Shown here: piece by piece, positions 52,235 through 64,000 of the stretch
How the letters are laid out: every line of letters begins with the position of its first letter
Numbering within the stretch: the stretch's first letter is position 1
NCBI RefSeq assembly: GCF_036321535.1
Contig: NC_087436.1
Span: 40,116,001-40,180,000, forward strand
Length of the DNA: 64,000 bases
Reading direction: 5' to 3'
DNA from: Camelus dromedarius
Taxonomy: Eukaryota
Position numbers and translations under genes: made by a program
Notes under the pieces: generated by a model
The model's input: only the letters and a program-made list of their open reading frames with translations
What the model was told of the DNA's origin: nothing
The model's database searches: none

Positions 52235-52700
52235 ATTTATTGGTTATTTACTGCTGTAAAACCAATTATTACAAGATTTAATGGCTCATGACAAAGCCAC
52301 TTATTTAACTCACAATTATGGGGGTCTCCACTTCGTCCATACTTAGCTGGAAGATCATTTTTGTCTCAGTGGGAGCCCCTCAAATGTCTGTTGTCATCTG
52401 AAGCTCAGGAAAAGGTTAGCTTTGTTGATCTTAGCTGGGTTTTCTCAATTTTCTGGGTCTCAGCTGGGACAACTGGGACTGCATCCTGTTAGATCACACG
52501 CAGGGACCTAGGTTTAACCATGTATACTGTCATTTTCTTAAAATGTTATTAAACCAAGCAAGTTACAAGACCATCTGAGATGTCAATAGTGCATAAATAG
52601 ACTGATTATTGGTAGGTAGAACCCCCAAGGTCATATTGAAACAGAAATGGCTACAGGGAAGAAAATAACTGCAGACATTTTTGTAAATTATCCAGTATTG
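52235..52700 (-). mobile_element. Old MaLR LTR (MLT1F/G/H-like)
   Basis: 'gttatttactgctgtaaaacc...atttaactcacaatt' and 'ctcagctgggacaactggg'. Confidence 0.6.
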
Positions 52701-52939
52701 TGTCCGTTAATGTCATTCACCAAAGGCATGAGAACTCCTAGAGTCCTTTTATCTTGCATAATCTGTTCTTTCTGTTTCTCTGTCTGTACCTGCACTATTC
52801 TATCCTCATATTCATATATCCTCATATAGCACCTGGAAAACTTTCACTTTGTCCTCCAAATCATGAATCTTCAACAAAATCTCCTATAACCTCACCTTCT
52901 CTGAATATCCTTTTTGACCATACTTGGTATATTCCTTGA

Positions 52940-53260
52940 GGATCTTCTGTGTTTTGATTTAAGCAACTGGATAGGTAGCTGAGATGTTTGTTGAAATGAG
53001 AAAAAAAATGGAGATTTTAAGTAAAAGATGGAATCAAGTGTTCTGTTTTGATTAAGTTTGGTTTGAAATTTCTATTCACTGAAGTATAGAAGTCAAGTCG
53101 TCTATATATGAATCTGGAGCTCAGGTAGCAATTCAGGATTAGGGATGTGAATTTAAGTGTTATCAATTTATAATGTTATTTATAATTCTGGGACTGTGGT
53201 AAAATATTGTCTCTAAGAGTCCTGAAAAAGAAAAGACAACCCAGGACTTGATCCTGATAA
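52940..53260 (-). mobile_element. LINE-2 remnant
   Basis: 'gagatgtttgttgaaatgag...tatatgaatctggagctcagg'. Confidence 0.55.
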
Positions 53261-55489
53261 TACCAGCACGTACAGTATAATGACCGTGGCTTCCTATAGC
53301 CTGAGAGGAAATAAATGCTTTCATTGTTAATTAATGTAACTTCAGTTGTGACCTACAACAATTTTTCATAGTAGAGAGTTAGTGTCCTAATAAGTAAAAA
53401 GATGCAATCTAATATAAATTAAGTATAAAATATTGCTCTAATAAAATTTTGCTCTATAGTGACATAGTTGCATTATAACTTACATGTGCTTTAAATTTGT
53501 TGGTTTTAGACTGAACCACACGTTGCCAGCAAATATAGGCACTAAAAGGTAAATATCACTAAAATTGCAAACTTTAATAGAAATTTTTCTGTCATCAAAA
53601 TTAATAAAATTGGGATTTACTTATTTATGATAAGGCTTGAGACAATAGCATATGTTATATAATCTATTTCAAAAACAGTCCTGCAAGATAATTGTTATCT
53701 CTAATTTATGGAGTAAAAAATATTTGTGCAACTACTTTAAACAAAAGTCAGTAATACATAATGCATGCATTTTAATAATTTAGCTTAGCATTCTAAAACC
53801 TAAGTTCTTTTAAAAATATAATGCTGCCTCTGGTTAAAATATAATTTCAGGTTTGATAATTCCTAAATTTTTCCTTCAAATCATGCACATTGTTTTAAAA
53901 TTAAAAGCTTAAGAGAACTGTAATTGAAATCAATGAAGCCATTATAGTCTTTCCACCCAGTATCTTCACTGGGCATCACAGTATACACAGCTTCCTATGG
54001 ATTATATTTTTATGGAGATATTTGATAGCTATATAGTGTGAAAAAACTGGAGCTGACATTGCTTTAGAATTCATCTATCTTCCAGTGGTGAGAAGTTGAT
54101 ATGAATACACGTTAAATACATGCTTCTTGTGTAAATGTACCACTTAAATACCCCAAATCCTCGACAAGGCACTGGATTTTTCCAAGTGAAAAGGAAAATC
54201 AAGTAAAGATTTTTCTTTAGAAAGCACTTTTTCAATCTGACATAGTAGCCATGTAAATTAAATAAGACTAAAATTTAATGAAGTCTTGATTGAACCACGA
54301 GAGTCCCTCATATTAAAAAAGAAATAGGGAGTTTGGGAGTGACACAAGTAAGATGGCAGTGTAGGAGGGCCCCTGCCTGTATCCCCTGCACAGTAACAAT
54401 ACTTTGGCAGCCCTTTGTGAGAGCTTCAGGGTTCAGGTAGGAGGTTGTAAAACTCAGGTGAAACTCAAGACTAAAGAGTGACCTTTAGAAAAGGCAGGCT
54501 CATATCCATGTGGCAGGCTCAATGGTCATGGTCCTGGCTACAGATCCATAAATACTTCTGTCTCTCTGTAGACTCAAGTACAGCCCAGTTTACCCATCAT
54601 CAGCACCATCACTAAATGATTTGAGGAATAATGCCTGCTTCTTCCTTGGGTGTCAAGCTCACTAACTTCAGCCTTACCTGTGGACTCTGAAGCGTCCTGT
54701 GACCCAGCTCCAGCAACTCTCAGCTGTGGTCTGGCAAGCCTGTTCACCCAAGGCCCACTGGGAGACATGCCTATCCATGCCACTGGAAGCAGACCTGTTG
54801 ATCCCAGTCAGACTGCGTATCTTGAAGTGGCTCTATAGCCTTGTTCCAGCCATTCCTAGCATGGTCTGGAAGCAGTCCTGCCTGGCCAGGTTCCCACACA
54901 GTAACCCAGAGGGAGCTTTTCCAGGGACCCTGCAGGAGCCACACTGTCCACAAACCTAGTAACAGTTCTACTTTCTACAGACCTTGCATACACTTGTCCT
55001 AGCATCAGCCCTAATGAACAGCGTCCTGGAATCAGCTCCACTTGCCAAGGAGTAAGACATGATCCCAGCCTGCCCAAAACCCTGGCAAAAGACCAGTCAA
55101 CTACAGGCCATTCCACAGACCCAGCAGTAGGTATGTGATCCAACTTCACTCAGCTGTGACCCCAGAAGCAGTCCCTTCAACCCAGGAAACTAACAGGGAA
55201 TGCCTCTACCTTCCAAAACCAGTCTGTAAAGATTGGAGGAAATGTTTGCTTCTTCAAGTGCACAGACATCAATGCAAGGCTACATAGATCATAAAAAATA
55301 AGGCAAACATAATTTCACTAAAGGACACTAGTAAAACAATGGTAACTGACCCCAAAGAAATAGAGATCTAATGGGTACTTGACAAGAAATCAGAATACTC
55401 ATGTTAAAAAAGCTCAGTGAGATGCAAGACAACACAAATAACTAAATAAAATCAGGAAAACAAAGTATTAACAAAATGAGAAGTTTAAC

Positions 55490-55700
55490 TAACTAATATA
55501 TATAACACACATAAAGAAGTTTATGCTGTATAGCACCAGGAACAATATTCAATATCTTGTAGTAACTTATGGTGAAAAAGAATATGAAAATGAATAGATG
55601 TATGTTCCTATATGACTGAAGTACTGTGCTGTACACCAGAAACTGACACATTGTAAACTGATTATACTTCAATAAAAATATATATTAAAATACAAAATAA
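55490..55700 (+). mobile_element. Short young L1 3'-end insertion inside ORF1 of the older L1
   Basis: 'gctgtacaccagaaactgacacattgtaaactgattatacttcaataaaaatatatatt' is the reverse complement of the family at 12185, 21550 and 24935. Confidence 0.88.
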
Positions 55701-56490
55701 GGAATAATGGAGCTGAAGGGTACAATGCCAGAATTGAAAAATTAAACAGATTGCTCCAATGGCTAACTCAATCATGTAATAGAAAGAATCAGCAAACTTG
55801 AATATAGGTCATTTGAAATTAGCCAGTTACAGAAACAAAGAAAAATGAAAAGTGAAGAAAGTATATGGGACCTGTGGTGTAACATCAAGTGAATAAATGT
55901 ACACATTATGAGAGTCCCAGAAGGAGAGAGAAAGGGGGCAGAGAGCTTATTTAAAGAAATAATGACTGAATATTTGCAAATCTTAAGAGGGAGACAGATA
56001 TTCAGGTTCATGAAGCTGAACCCAAAGAAGATAACCACAAATAAAGTAGCATCAAATTGAAAAAATCAAAGACAGAAAATTTTGAATGCCACAAAGGAAA
56101 AGGGACTTGCCACATACAAGGGAATTCCTTTAAAGCTACAAGTGTATTTCTCAACAGAAAATTCTAGGCCAAGAGGGAGTTGGATAATATTGCTGACAAG
56201 AAAAAAAAAAAAAAAACCTGCCAAATAAGAATACTCTACATGGCCAAGCTATTCTTCAAGCACAGGCAACAAAAGCAAAAATAGACAAGTGTGATAGCAT
56301 CAAACTCAAAAACTTCTTCACAGGAAACAAGCAACAAAATGAAAAGGCAATGTAGAGAATGGGTATTTGCAAACCATACATCTGATAGGCGATAGTATCC
56401 AAAATACTTTAGGAACTCACATAACTCAGTAGCGAAATAAACCAACCAAACAAAAACAAAGTAACCTGATTTAAAACTGGGTAAATGACC

Positions 56491-56845
56491 TTGCTTGTGT
56501 CTTCACAAAATTCATATTTTGAAATCCTAACCCCCCCCCATAGATAATAGTATTAGGAAGTGAAACCTTTGGAAGGTGTTTAGGTCAAGAGGGTAAGCCT
56601 TCCTGAATGGGGTTAGTGTTCTTTTAAAAGAGACCCACAGAGATCCTTTCCCTCTTCCACTAAGTAAGGACACAGTAAGAAAGCTCTGGCTATGAGCTAG
56701 AAAGAGGGCTCTCACCAGAATACAACCTTGTTGGTGCCTTCGTCTTGGACTTCCTAGCCTCTAGAGCTATGAGAAATAAACTTCTTTTGTTTAGAAGCTG
56801 CTCAATCTGTGTTTTATTTTTTATGGTAGCCTGATCAGACAAGAC
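56491..56845 (+). mobile_element. MaLR LTR (MLT1A-like) inserted in L1 ORF2
   Basis: 'caaaattcatattttgaaatcctaacccc', 'ttggacttcctagcctctagagctatgagaaataaa'. The L1 text 'gacct|gaat' resumes on the right. Confidence 0.88.
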
Positions 56846-58053
56846 CTGAATATTCATTTTTCCAAAAAACACAAATACATAAAAGGTATATGCAATAATG
56901 TTCAGCATCACTAATCATCAGGGAGGTGCAAATCAAACCTACAAGATACCACCTCACACCTGTCAGGATAGCTATTGACAAAAAGACAAGAGATAGTAAG
57001 CATTGTTGAGCATGTGGATAAAAGAGAACCCCATATGCCTGTTGACAGGAAAGTAAATTGGTAAGCCATTATGGAAAACAACATAAGGTTTCTCAAAAAA
57101 TTTGACATACAACTACTATATGATCCAGAAATTCCACTTCTGGGTATATATCCAAAAGAAATGAAATCAGTATCCCAAAGAGAAATTTGCACCCCCATGT
57201 TCCTTTTCAGCATTATTCACAATGGCAAGGCATGGATTCAACCTAAGTATCCATTATCAGATGAAGGGTAAAAAATGTGAAATTATATGTAATATATATG
57301 GCATATTACTTAGCCACAAAAAAAGGAAATTCTGCCATTTGTGACAATAAGGATGAACCTGGAGGGCATTATGCTAAGTAAAAAAAGCCAGACATAGAAA
57401 GACAAATACTATACAGTATTTATATGTGCAATCTTAAAAAGTTAAACTCACAGAAGCAGACAGTAGAATGATGATCGCCACGGTCTGGGGTCTGAGAGAA
57501 ACAGAGAAATGTTGGTCAAAGTGCACATTCAGTTGCAAAATACGTAAGTTCTGGATACCTAATGGAAAGTATGATGACTATAGTTATAAATACTATATTA
57601 TGTACTTGAAATTTGCTAAGAGAATAGACCTTAAGTGTTCTTACCACATACACGTAAAATGGTAGCTATGCGGGGTGATGAGTGTAATTAGCTGCATTGT
57701 AGTAATCATTTCACAACAGAATGTATATCAAGTCACCACTTTGTTCACCTTAAATATATACAATTTTTTTGTGTCAGTCATAACTCAGTAAAGCTGGAAA
57801 AAATACAAATAAAAATTTAATAAGGAGTTCAAGAAAATAACATCAGCTATACTGTCCACAAGCAAAACCACTGGTTGTATTATTTCAACACACTTGCTTT
57901 TGTCACAGAGAAAAACTCTGAGCGGTATAGAGATAGACTTTATTTGATCTTTATTTTACCTGATTTATTTTTTACCAAATAAGGATAGTTAATCTTACTC
58001 ATTTCTAACTGAGAAAAAGTTTTGAGCCAAAATATAGTGTCCATACATACCAC

Positions 58054-58150
58054 AGGGTACGACCATACGTATTAGATTGCCTGCAACCATCTTTTGTCCC
58101 ACTGTAATTATTAACTGACTCTCAAGAGAATCACATTTAGATAATACTTT
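58054..58150 (-). mobile_element. MER94-like hAT MITE remnant
   Basis: 'agggtacgaccatacgt...tttgtcccactgtaattattaa...actctcaagag' resembles the recalled MER94 consensus. Confidence 0.5.
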
Positions 58151-60417
58151 TCAGCAACAAAAATCAGGATTCATTGCAAATAAGTTTCCAAGATTGCTCA
58201 AATTTATATTTCAAAAATTTATGAGGTAGTGTTAGAATATTAATTTAAACACCAATTTTTTTTGCTTACATGAATATCAAAATAGTTGATTATAGACATA
58301 GCTTATTTGGCTTTGTAATCCTCAGGTGTTAATTTTCATTGGTTTATATAATTTAACACTGAATGTAGATCAGAACTGTATCTAGTGCGGGTGCTGTCAT
58401 CTGTGTTGATAAGCAGCTAGGTGGTGTGCTTGTTTCTTAAATATCGACCTTGTGCTCTATACACAGTGGGGAGCATGTTCTGTGGTTTTATTAATGAAAG
58501 ATTTTAATATTAAATATAATACTTAGGGAAATAAAGTTTTATAAATATATGCTTATTTGGCATTGTAAAATAGACATTAGATTGAAGTTCACTCTTTAAA
58601 AGTAGTTATTGAATCTATATTCACACATTCTATAAAAGCTTAATTCATGTACATATTTTCACTTTCAGAATGTTGAAACTGTGGCTGGGTATCAATAAAG
58701 ATACTAATTTTTGTTCTCCATGCAGCAAGAAGTTATAAAAGAAAAATTGAATTCTGATTTTTTTCTCCATCATCTTAGAAAGGCATTAAAGCTTTTTTTT
58801 TTAAACCTCCCTAAGGTTAACTTCTTTTTACCTTTTAGTCTTGTTAGATGGTGTTAATGGCATTTTTCTTTACCAAAATAAGATTTTTGAGGAGGTTTAG
58901 AATGCTGTTACTTCTCCAAGTTTGCTTTTAGTGGGAAGGCTTCAAGTAAGGTTGTTAGCAGTCCCTTCTAATGCGTGCTTGATGCCCTTTGATCTTTCAT
59001 GGTTGTGGAGTCCTGGCAGGGAGGTGTTTTCCCTGAGCTGCCACACCCCTTTATTGTCTTGATGTGGGGATCTGGTAGACTCCAGTGTGCTTGCTGTGTC
59101 AAAGGAGCAAAGTCTGCTGCCTTCAGAATGCCATGCAGCCACCAGCTGCAGAATTCTAACACAGTCAGTGCACATTCCCACATGTGGTGCCGTCAACTGA
59201 AAGGTGCTGGAGCGTACTTCCGCAAGCTTCTGTGATACAGGGAAAAGAAGTCTTTAAGTGGGTAATAACAGCTGGTGAGAACAGCATCTGAATTCCCCTT
59301 GAGTCCTTCGTAGCTTCTCAGTAGCATCAGCTTAGCTGGCAATCCAAATAGGACGGGTTAGTTTTCCTCACATCAGGATGAGATTAATTTTCCTCACATC
59401 GGGATGAGAAAAGTATAAATTATATGGCATGTTGGTTTCCTTTTCATATTAACACTCATCTGTTTAACACCTTATTTGTTTGCCTTTTCCCAAGTGACTA
59501 GTATAGCAACTCTCCTTTCTGCTGCCTTCACATGGGTGCACGGTCTCCTATCCAAGTTCTCCATTGTTCCTAAGGAGGTTTCCTTATCACAGATGCTCTC
59601 TAACTACATGGTGTGGGGATGAGAAGGGATTTTTGAAGGTGGAATCTGGACTAAGATATAAAGTGGATAGAGGGAGAGGCCATGGGGTGCACAAGCCTGT
59701 GTCCTCGAAAGGAGAGTAATCTTCACCAGCTGGAGAAGTTGTAGCCTCGTTCCCCTTCAGGAGGAAACCCACTAATGAAGGGAACCATGCATCCCTCTCT
59801 CCCCCAAGAGTCAGCGTGAGGCAGGGAGCAATAGAGAGCCGGGGAAGTGGTGGGAGTGGGCACCGCAGAGAAAGGTGAAAAGGAAAGTGCCTTTAATTCT
59901 TAGATTTCCTCTTCCATTTTTCTCAGTCTTTTCTTCCAGTTATCCAAATAGTTTTTTTTTTTCCTTAGAGTGATTTTCATCCCGTAGAGCCAGTCATTCA
60001 TTTACTTGAGACAATTCCTGTCTTAAGAACCCCAGCAAATACATTAATTTATCCAAATCAAATGACAATCATTAGGTAATTGGACTCTCATTTATCCATT
60101 CCAAATATGACATAGAGTTATTAACTCTTTAAGAGGAAGTTCTGCAGGCAATGTTCCTGGCTTCCCACATATTATGACTGTATGGTGATCTTGATGGAAG
60201 ATTAGAGCCCACATTACCCATGATTAGTTAATAGTAAGATCTTGAATTTAGAGAAGTTCCATTCAGCTAGTATTCCAAAATAATGGACACCTAGAGGGAG
60301 ACTTTTCTTTTTTTTCAATAATTTAGGGTCTCTTTTCTGACTGTTGTGTGGCCACAGACATTCAGTTTATCTAATCAATTCAGTAGTTTCTAGACATCTA
60401 GTCCCCATCACCAGCAA

Positions 60418-61140
60418 TATAACTAAAAATGAAATCTCCCAACTCAGAAAAATTCTCCATAAATATAGAAGAGAATGATTTTTTTTTTTATCAATTAAGC
60501 ATTAAACCAGAATGTGATGTGCATCACAGGCAATCCACTAAGAAATTACAAAGAAAGAAACTTACCCGTTTAGATAGCTAAGTAGATAAACCCATTACAT
60601 ACATATTTTAAATATCAACAAAAACTAGTCCCCACGTAAAAGGATTTCACAGCACTATTAGTCACACATAGTTCATCCTAAATTCAGTTGGTTGTTGGGG
60701 TGAACATCTATGTTAACTAATCAGCTTTATACGTAGAAAATAAATTTCTTACATCTTTATGGCAAGAGGTAGTTTTGGAACTTGGATCAGGACACTCACC
60801 AAAGTTAGGCTCCTCTCCTACAGAAATTGAGGATAGAGGCGCGACCTTCCCTGATGACTGTATTTCAAAGAGATGGTCCTCAAGTCTTTGAGAAAGATAT
60901 TACTGGGTTGTAAAGCTGGCAAGAGGCTTGTGAAACTATTTACATGTAAAAGGGGATGGAAAAATTTATAATTAAAAGCTATTTAAATAAAAGCTCTTGG
61001 AAGAGAGAGGAGAGGGAGCTCTGTAGTTAGGTCATCTGGATTCTGTTAGATTCTGGGAGGGTGGGACGTCAGGGAGACAGGAAGAAGTGTCCCTAAAATG
61101 AAGTGAAGCTTAGAGGAACGCTGAAGCCCTCCTGGTCACA
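60418..61140 (-). mobile_element. Old ERV1-class solo LTR (MER67-like)
   Basis: 'taagcattaaaccagaatgtgatgtgcatcacaggcaatcc' and 'gtcacacatagttcatcctaaattca'. It ends ...GGTCACA at 61140. The family name and left edge are uncertain. Confidence 0.65.
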
Positions 61141-61828
61141 GGCATCTTTGTATTTTAGCATCTTTTGCATGCAGACTATAGTTATTTCTTGGTTATTTTA
61201 CAACAGTCATTTTTTAATAGAAGTAAATTATTTTTATCCTGATTTTCAAAGTTTTTTCAAAGCTATTATGTTGTTGTTAAATCTAAACCTAACAGCATAA
61301 TATCTTTATTTACTTTTTATGTTTGGTGACATTCATTTCCTGGGCACACCTGCCCTTAAGCAAAGGCAAAGACAGAAATCAGAGTAAGACTAACCCTGTT
61401 ATCTCTATATTAACGATTTATACCCCAAGGCAGTGTCACAATTTCAAAACAGAAATTAAAAACTGAACGTCAGAAGTCATAAAAATCTATCTAGGTATGT
61501 TTCATAGACTAATTAAAGCTATCATTAAGATATTTTTTTCTGTCTTTTTTTTTTCTAAAACTGGAAAAGACCCTGTTCTTTATCACTACGTGCAACAAAA
61601 TGTATTTTGTTCTATGGTTGAAATTCAGGTAAGGTTCACCCTAAGTGTATTTGGGTAATAAAGACATCCAGAGCCTAAATAAGATTTATGTCTCTGAAAT
61701 CTGAACCAAAAAAAAAATGTCTTTAAGAATGGCTGTTTTTATTTAGTGGACCCATTTTTTTTTCAGAATAGCTTCTAAGTCCTTCTTTTAAAGTTTAATT
61801 TTCTTGTAAAATTCCTGACATTTAAATT

Positions 61829-64000
61829 GACATCACCAAGAGAGTGACTGACTTCACTTCAGCTCATGAGTAGAACAACCAACAACCTTTCATGATCAAG
61901 ACACCACTGAGAGAATCCTACAACATAGGGGTGAGACCAAATCACCCCTTGCGCCACAGAGACCAAGGGAGACTGCGTTAGAAGGCTAAGAGGAGCCCCT
62001 ACACACTGACCACATTGCTCCCCTCTAGGCCTGGGCCCCATGTTGAGAGGCCTCTCCTGATCCTGCAGTTTCTCTAATGAGTAAAGAGAGCCCATTGTGA
62101 ACCTCCAGCGCCACCAGTGTCATGGATCACTTCTTGCGAGCCCTCACTCCAGTCTCACTCCACGGGGATTGCAGAGGAATCTGTAGGGTTTGAACACTGG
62201 GAATTGGACTGTGATGGAGAAGTGGGAGAAGTTTTTAACAACCAGCACTTGGATCTTGACAGAATAAGTTCCTACCTACAGCACCCAAATCGTAGTCCCA
62301 ACCAGTGGTTTTGTTCACTACAGAGCCAAGTCAATGGCATTTTCTGAACAAGGAACAGGGCAGGGTATAGGTCTGCTTCATTTGGGTCATCAAACAAAGT
62401 GCCTTGTCAACCCTGGCCTGGACTGAACAGAAATGCTGTCAACAACAGCTGGAAGCTGCATCGCCCAACAGTGCTCCAGCAGAATGGAGCAGACAGAGCT
62501 GATCACTCACAGAGCAGAGTAACTGGCACTGTTCAGCCATGGAGCCAGCGGAGTGGGTCAGCTTGATTCAAGACCCCAAAGAACTATCTGAGGTGCAGAG
62601 TGTTCCACTGCTCCATCCAGGCAGGGTAGCTAATTCATAACCACATCCACTGCTGAGTGTAGCTCCCAGCCCTGCCTAGCCTGGACGCCTGGCCAGGATA
62701 CCTGGAAACCTGTGTAGCCCAGCAACACTTGAGCAGAGAGTCCTGCAAGCAGAGCTGATAGACTTCACACCAGAGCCAGTGGCCATGTTTGGGCAGGGCA
62801 CTGGGGGCATGGGCTAGCTTGAGTCATGGTCACACACAAAGAGCCTTGCCAGGCTTGGAGCTAGTTCTTCCATGCAAAGGCAGAGAAACATATTCATAAT
62901 CCCTCCCATTCCTGAACACAGCCTTCAACTTACCCAGCCAGAGAGTCTAAGCAGAGCACATGGACAGCTGTGTAGTGCATCCAGCAGCCCCTTCACAGCG
63001 GCACTTGCACAGAGAGCATGGCCTATGGCTTTCCCCATGTGCACAGTAAAACCGGTGGCCTTATTTAGCCAGGGAATTTAGTGCACAGTGTTACCTGCTT
63101 CAGGTCTCCAAACAGTGAGCCACGCAGGCCTTGGGCCCTGTCCTACTGCCCTGCCAGGCCGGGGAAGCTAATTTAGGCTCATATGCTCCTGAGTATAGTG
63201 CCCAGTTCTGAGTGTCTACTAGGCCTGACTAGAGAACCAAGGCAACAACAGAGCCCACCCTACAGTCCTGCCTGGGCAGGGAAGCAAGCCGGCAGTTCTA
63301 GCCAACTGCTCTCATCCAGCAGCACTCTGATCTGAGCTTAGGCAGTGGTATCATCCAAAATTAGGCCCTAAGTGCATGCTGCACCAATCCAAGGGCGACA
63401 CTAACTAACGTCCAAAAACCGAAAGCTGATTGATGAAGAACTGTCTGCCAAAGCAAATATTTAACATCTGAGAGAGAAGACCACTTACTCAAATGTGCAG
63501 ATAGCAATGTAAGGAATCAAAGATCACAGAAAATCAGGTAAACATGACACGAAAGAAAACTAATAAAGCTCTAATAACTCTGAAAAATGTAAATCTATAC
63601 ACTTCCAGACAAAGATTTCAGAATTACCTTCACAATGAAGTTTAGTAAACTACAAGAACTCATAGGCAACAAAACGAAATTAGGAAAACGAAGCCAATGC
63701 AGGAACAAAATGAGAAGCTCAACAACAAAAACAAAAGACAAAAGAAAAAAATTCCAGACCTCAAACATACAGGGACTGAACTAAAGAATTCAATAGAGAG
63801 TTTCAAAAGCAGACACAACCGTGCAGAAGAAAGAATCAGTGATCGAGAAGATAGCATTTGAAATTATTCAGTCAGAGAAATAAAGAAAAATAAAACCATG
63901 AAAAGCCTACAGAACTTATGGAACACAATGAAAAGAAACAATATCTGCATGATAGGAATTCCAGAAGAAGAGAAAGAGACAGAAAATGTATTTAAAGCCA
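61829..64000 (+). mobile_element. 5' part of an old LINE-1 (long GC-rich 5'UTR plus start of decayed ORF1), running off the window
   Basis: GC-rich 61830-63450, then ORF1-like text from ~63493 ('aaatcaggtaaacatgacac', 'gcagaagaaagaatcagtga', 'ggaattccagaagaagagaaagaga'). Confidence 0.88.

Larger units (their letters stand above)
54334..57818 (+). mobile_element. L1MA9-like LINE-1 with both termini, 5'UTR, most of ORF1 and an internal deletion of most of ORF2
   Basis: Starts 'ggagtgacacaagtaagatggcag'. ORF1 text runs ~55255-56258, then jumps to late ORF2 (ORF 57071-57271 YDPEIPLLGIYPKE). L1MA9-type 3'UTR. TSD AATA(G/A)GGAGTT at 54323-54333 and 57819-57829. Confidence 0.9.

Noticed and set aside
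58410..58432. CTCF site (cagctaggtggtgtg; also gccactaggtggg on the minus strand at ~10930-10942)
   Set aside because: Both miss conserved core positions and cannot be supported without a PWM scan or ChIP data.
61830..63450. Gene promoter / CpG island (also 54340-55250)
   Set aside because: These are GC-rich but CpG-depleted and lead directly into L1 ORF1, so they are L1 5'UTRs.
1..64000. Prokaryotic-type systems (CRISPR, operons, defence islands)
   Set aside because: The sequence is clearly mammalian. It has no repeat-spacer arrays and no long ORFs.

Overview
Mammalian, AT-rich, repeat-dominated non-coding DNA. It is most likely camelid (alpaca, llama or camel), judged from a vic-1-type tRNA-derived SINE and cetartiodactyl-type L1 3' ends. 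I find no intact protein-coding gene or exon. Most listed ORFs are decayed LINE-1 ORF1/ORF2 pieces or their antisense, and the rest are short unassigned frames. The notable contents are: (i) a full-length, strongly diverged RPSA (40S ribosomal protein SA / laminin receptor) processed pseudogene on the minus strand (~22165-23804), which sits inside an old L1 and is itself split by an ERV1-type solo LTR; (ii) a fossil ERV-L pol segment covering the RT connection, RNase H and integrase N-terminus (~18980-19740); (iii) several solo LTRs, nested L1s with readable target-site duplications (TSDs), repeated internally deleted L1s and a possible L1 3' transduction; and (iv) a few unique stretches with enhancer-like motif clusters. 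I see no evidence of a new biological system. Repeat family names come from recalled consensus sequences, not database searches, and many boundaries are approximate.
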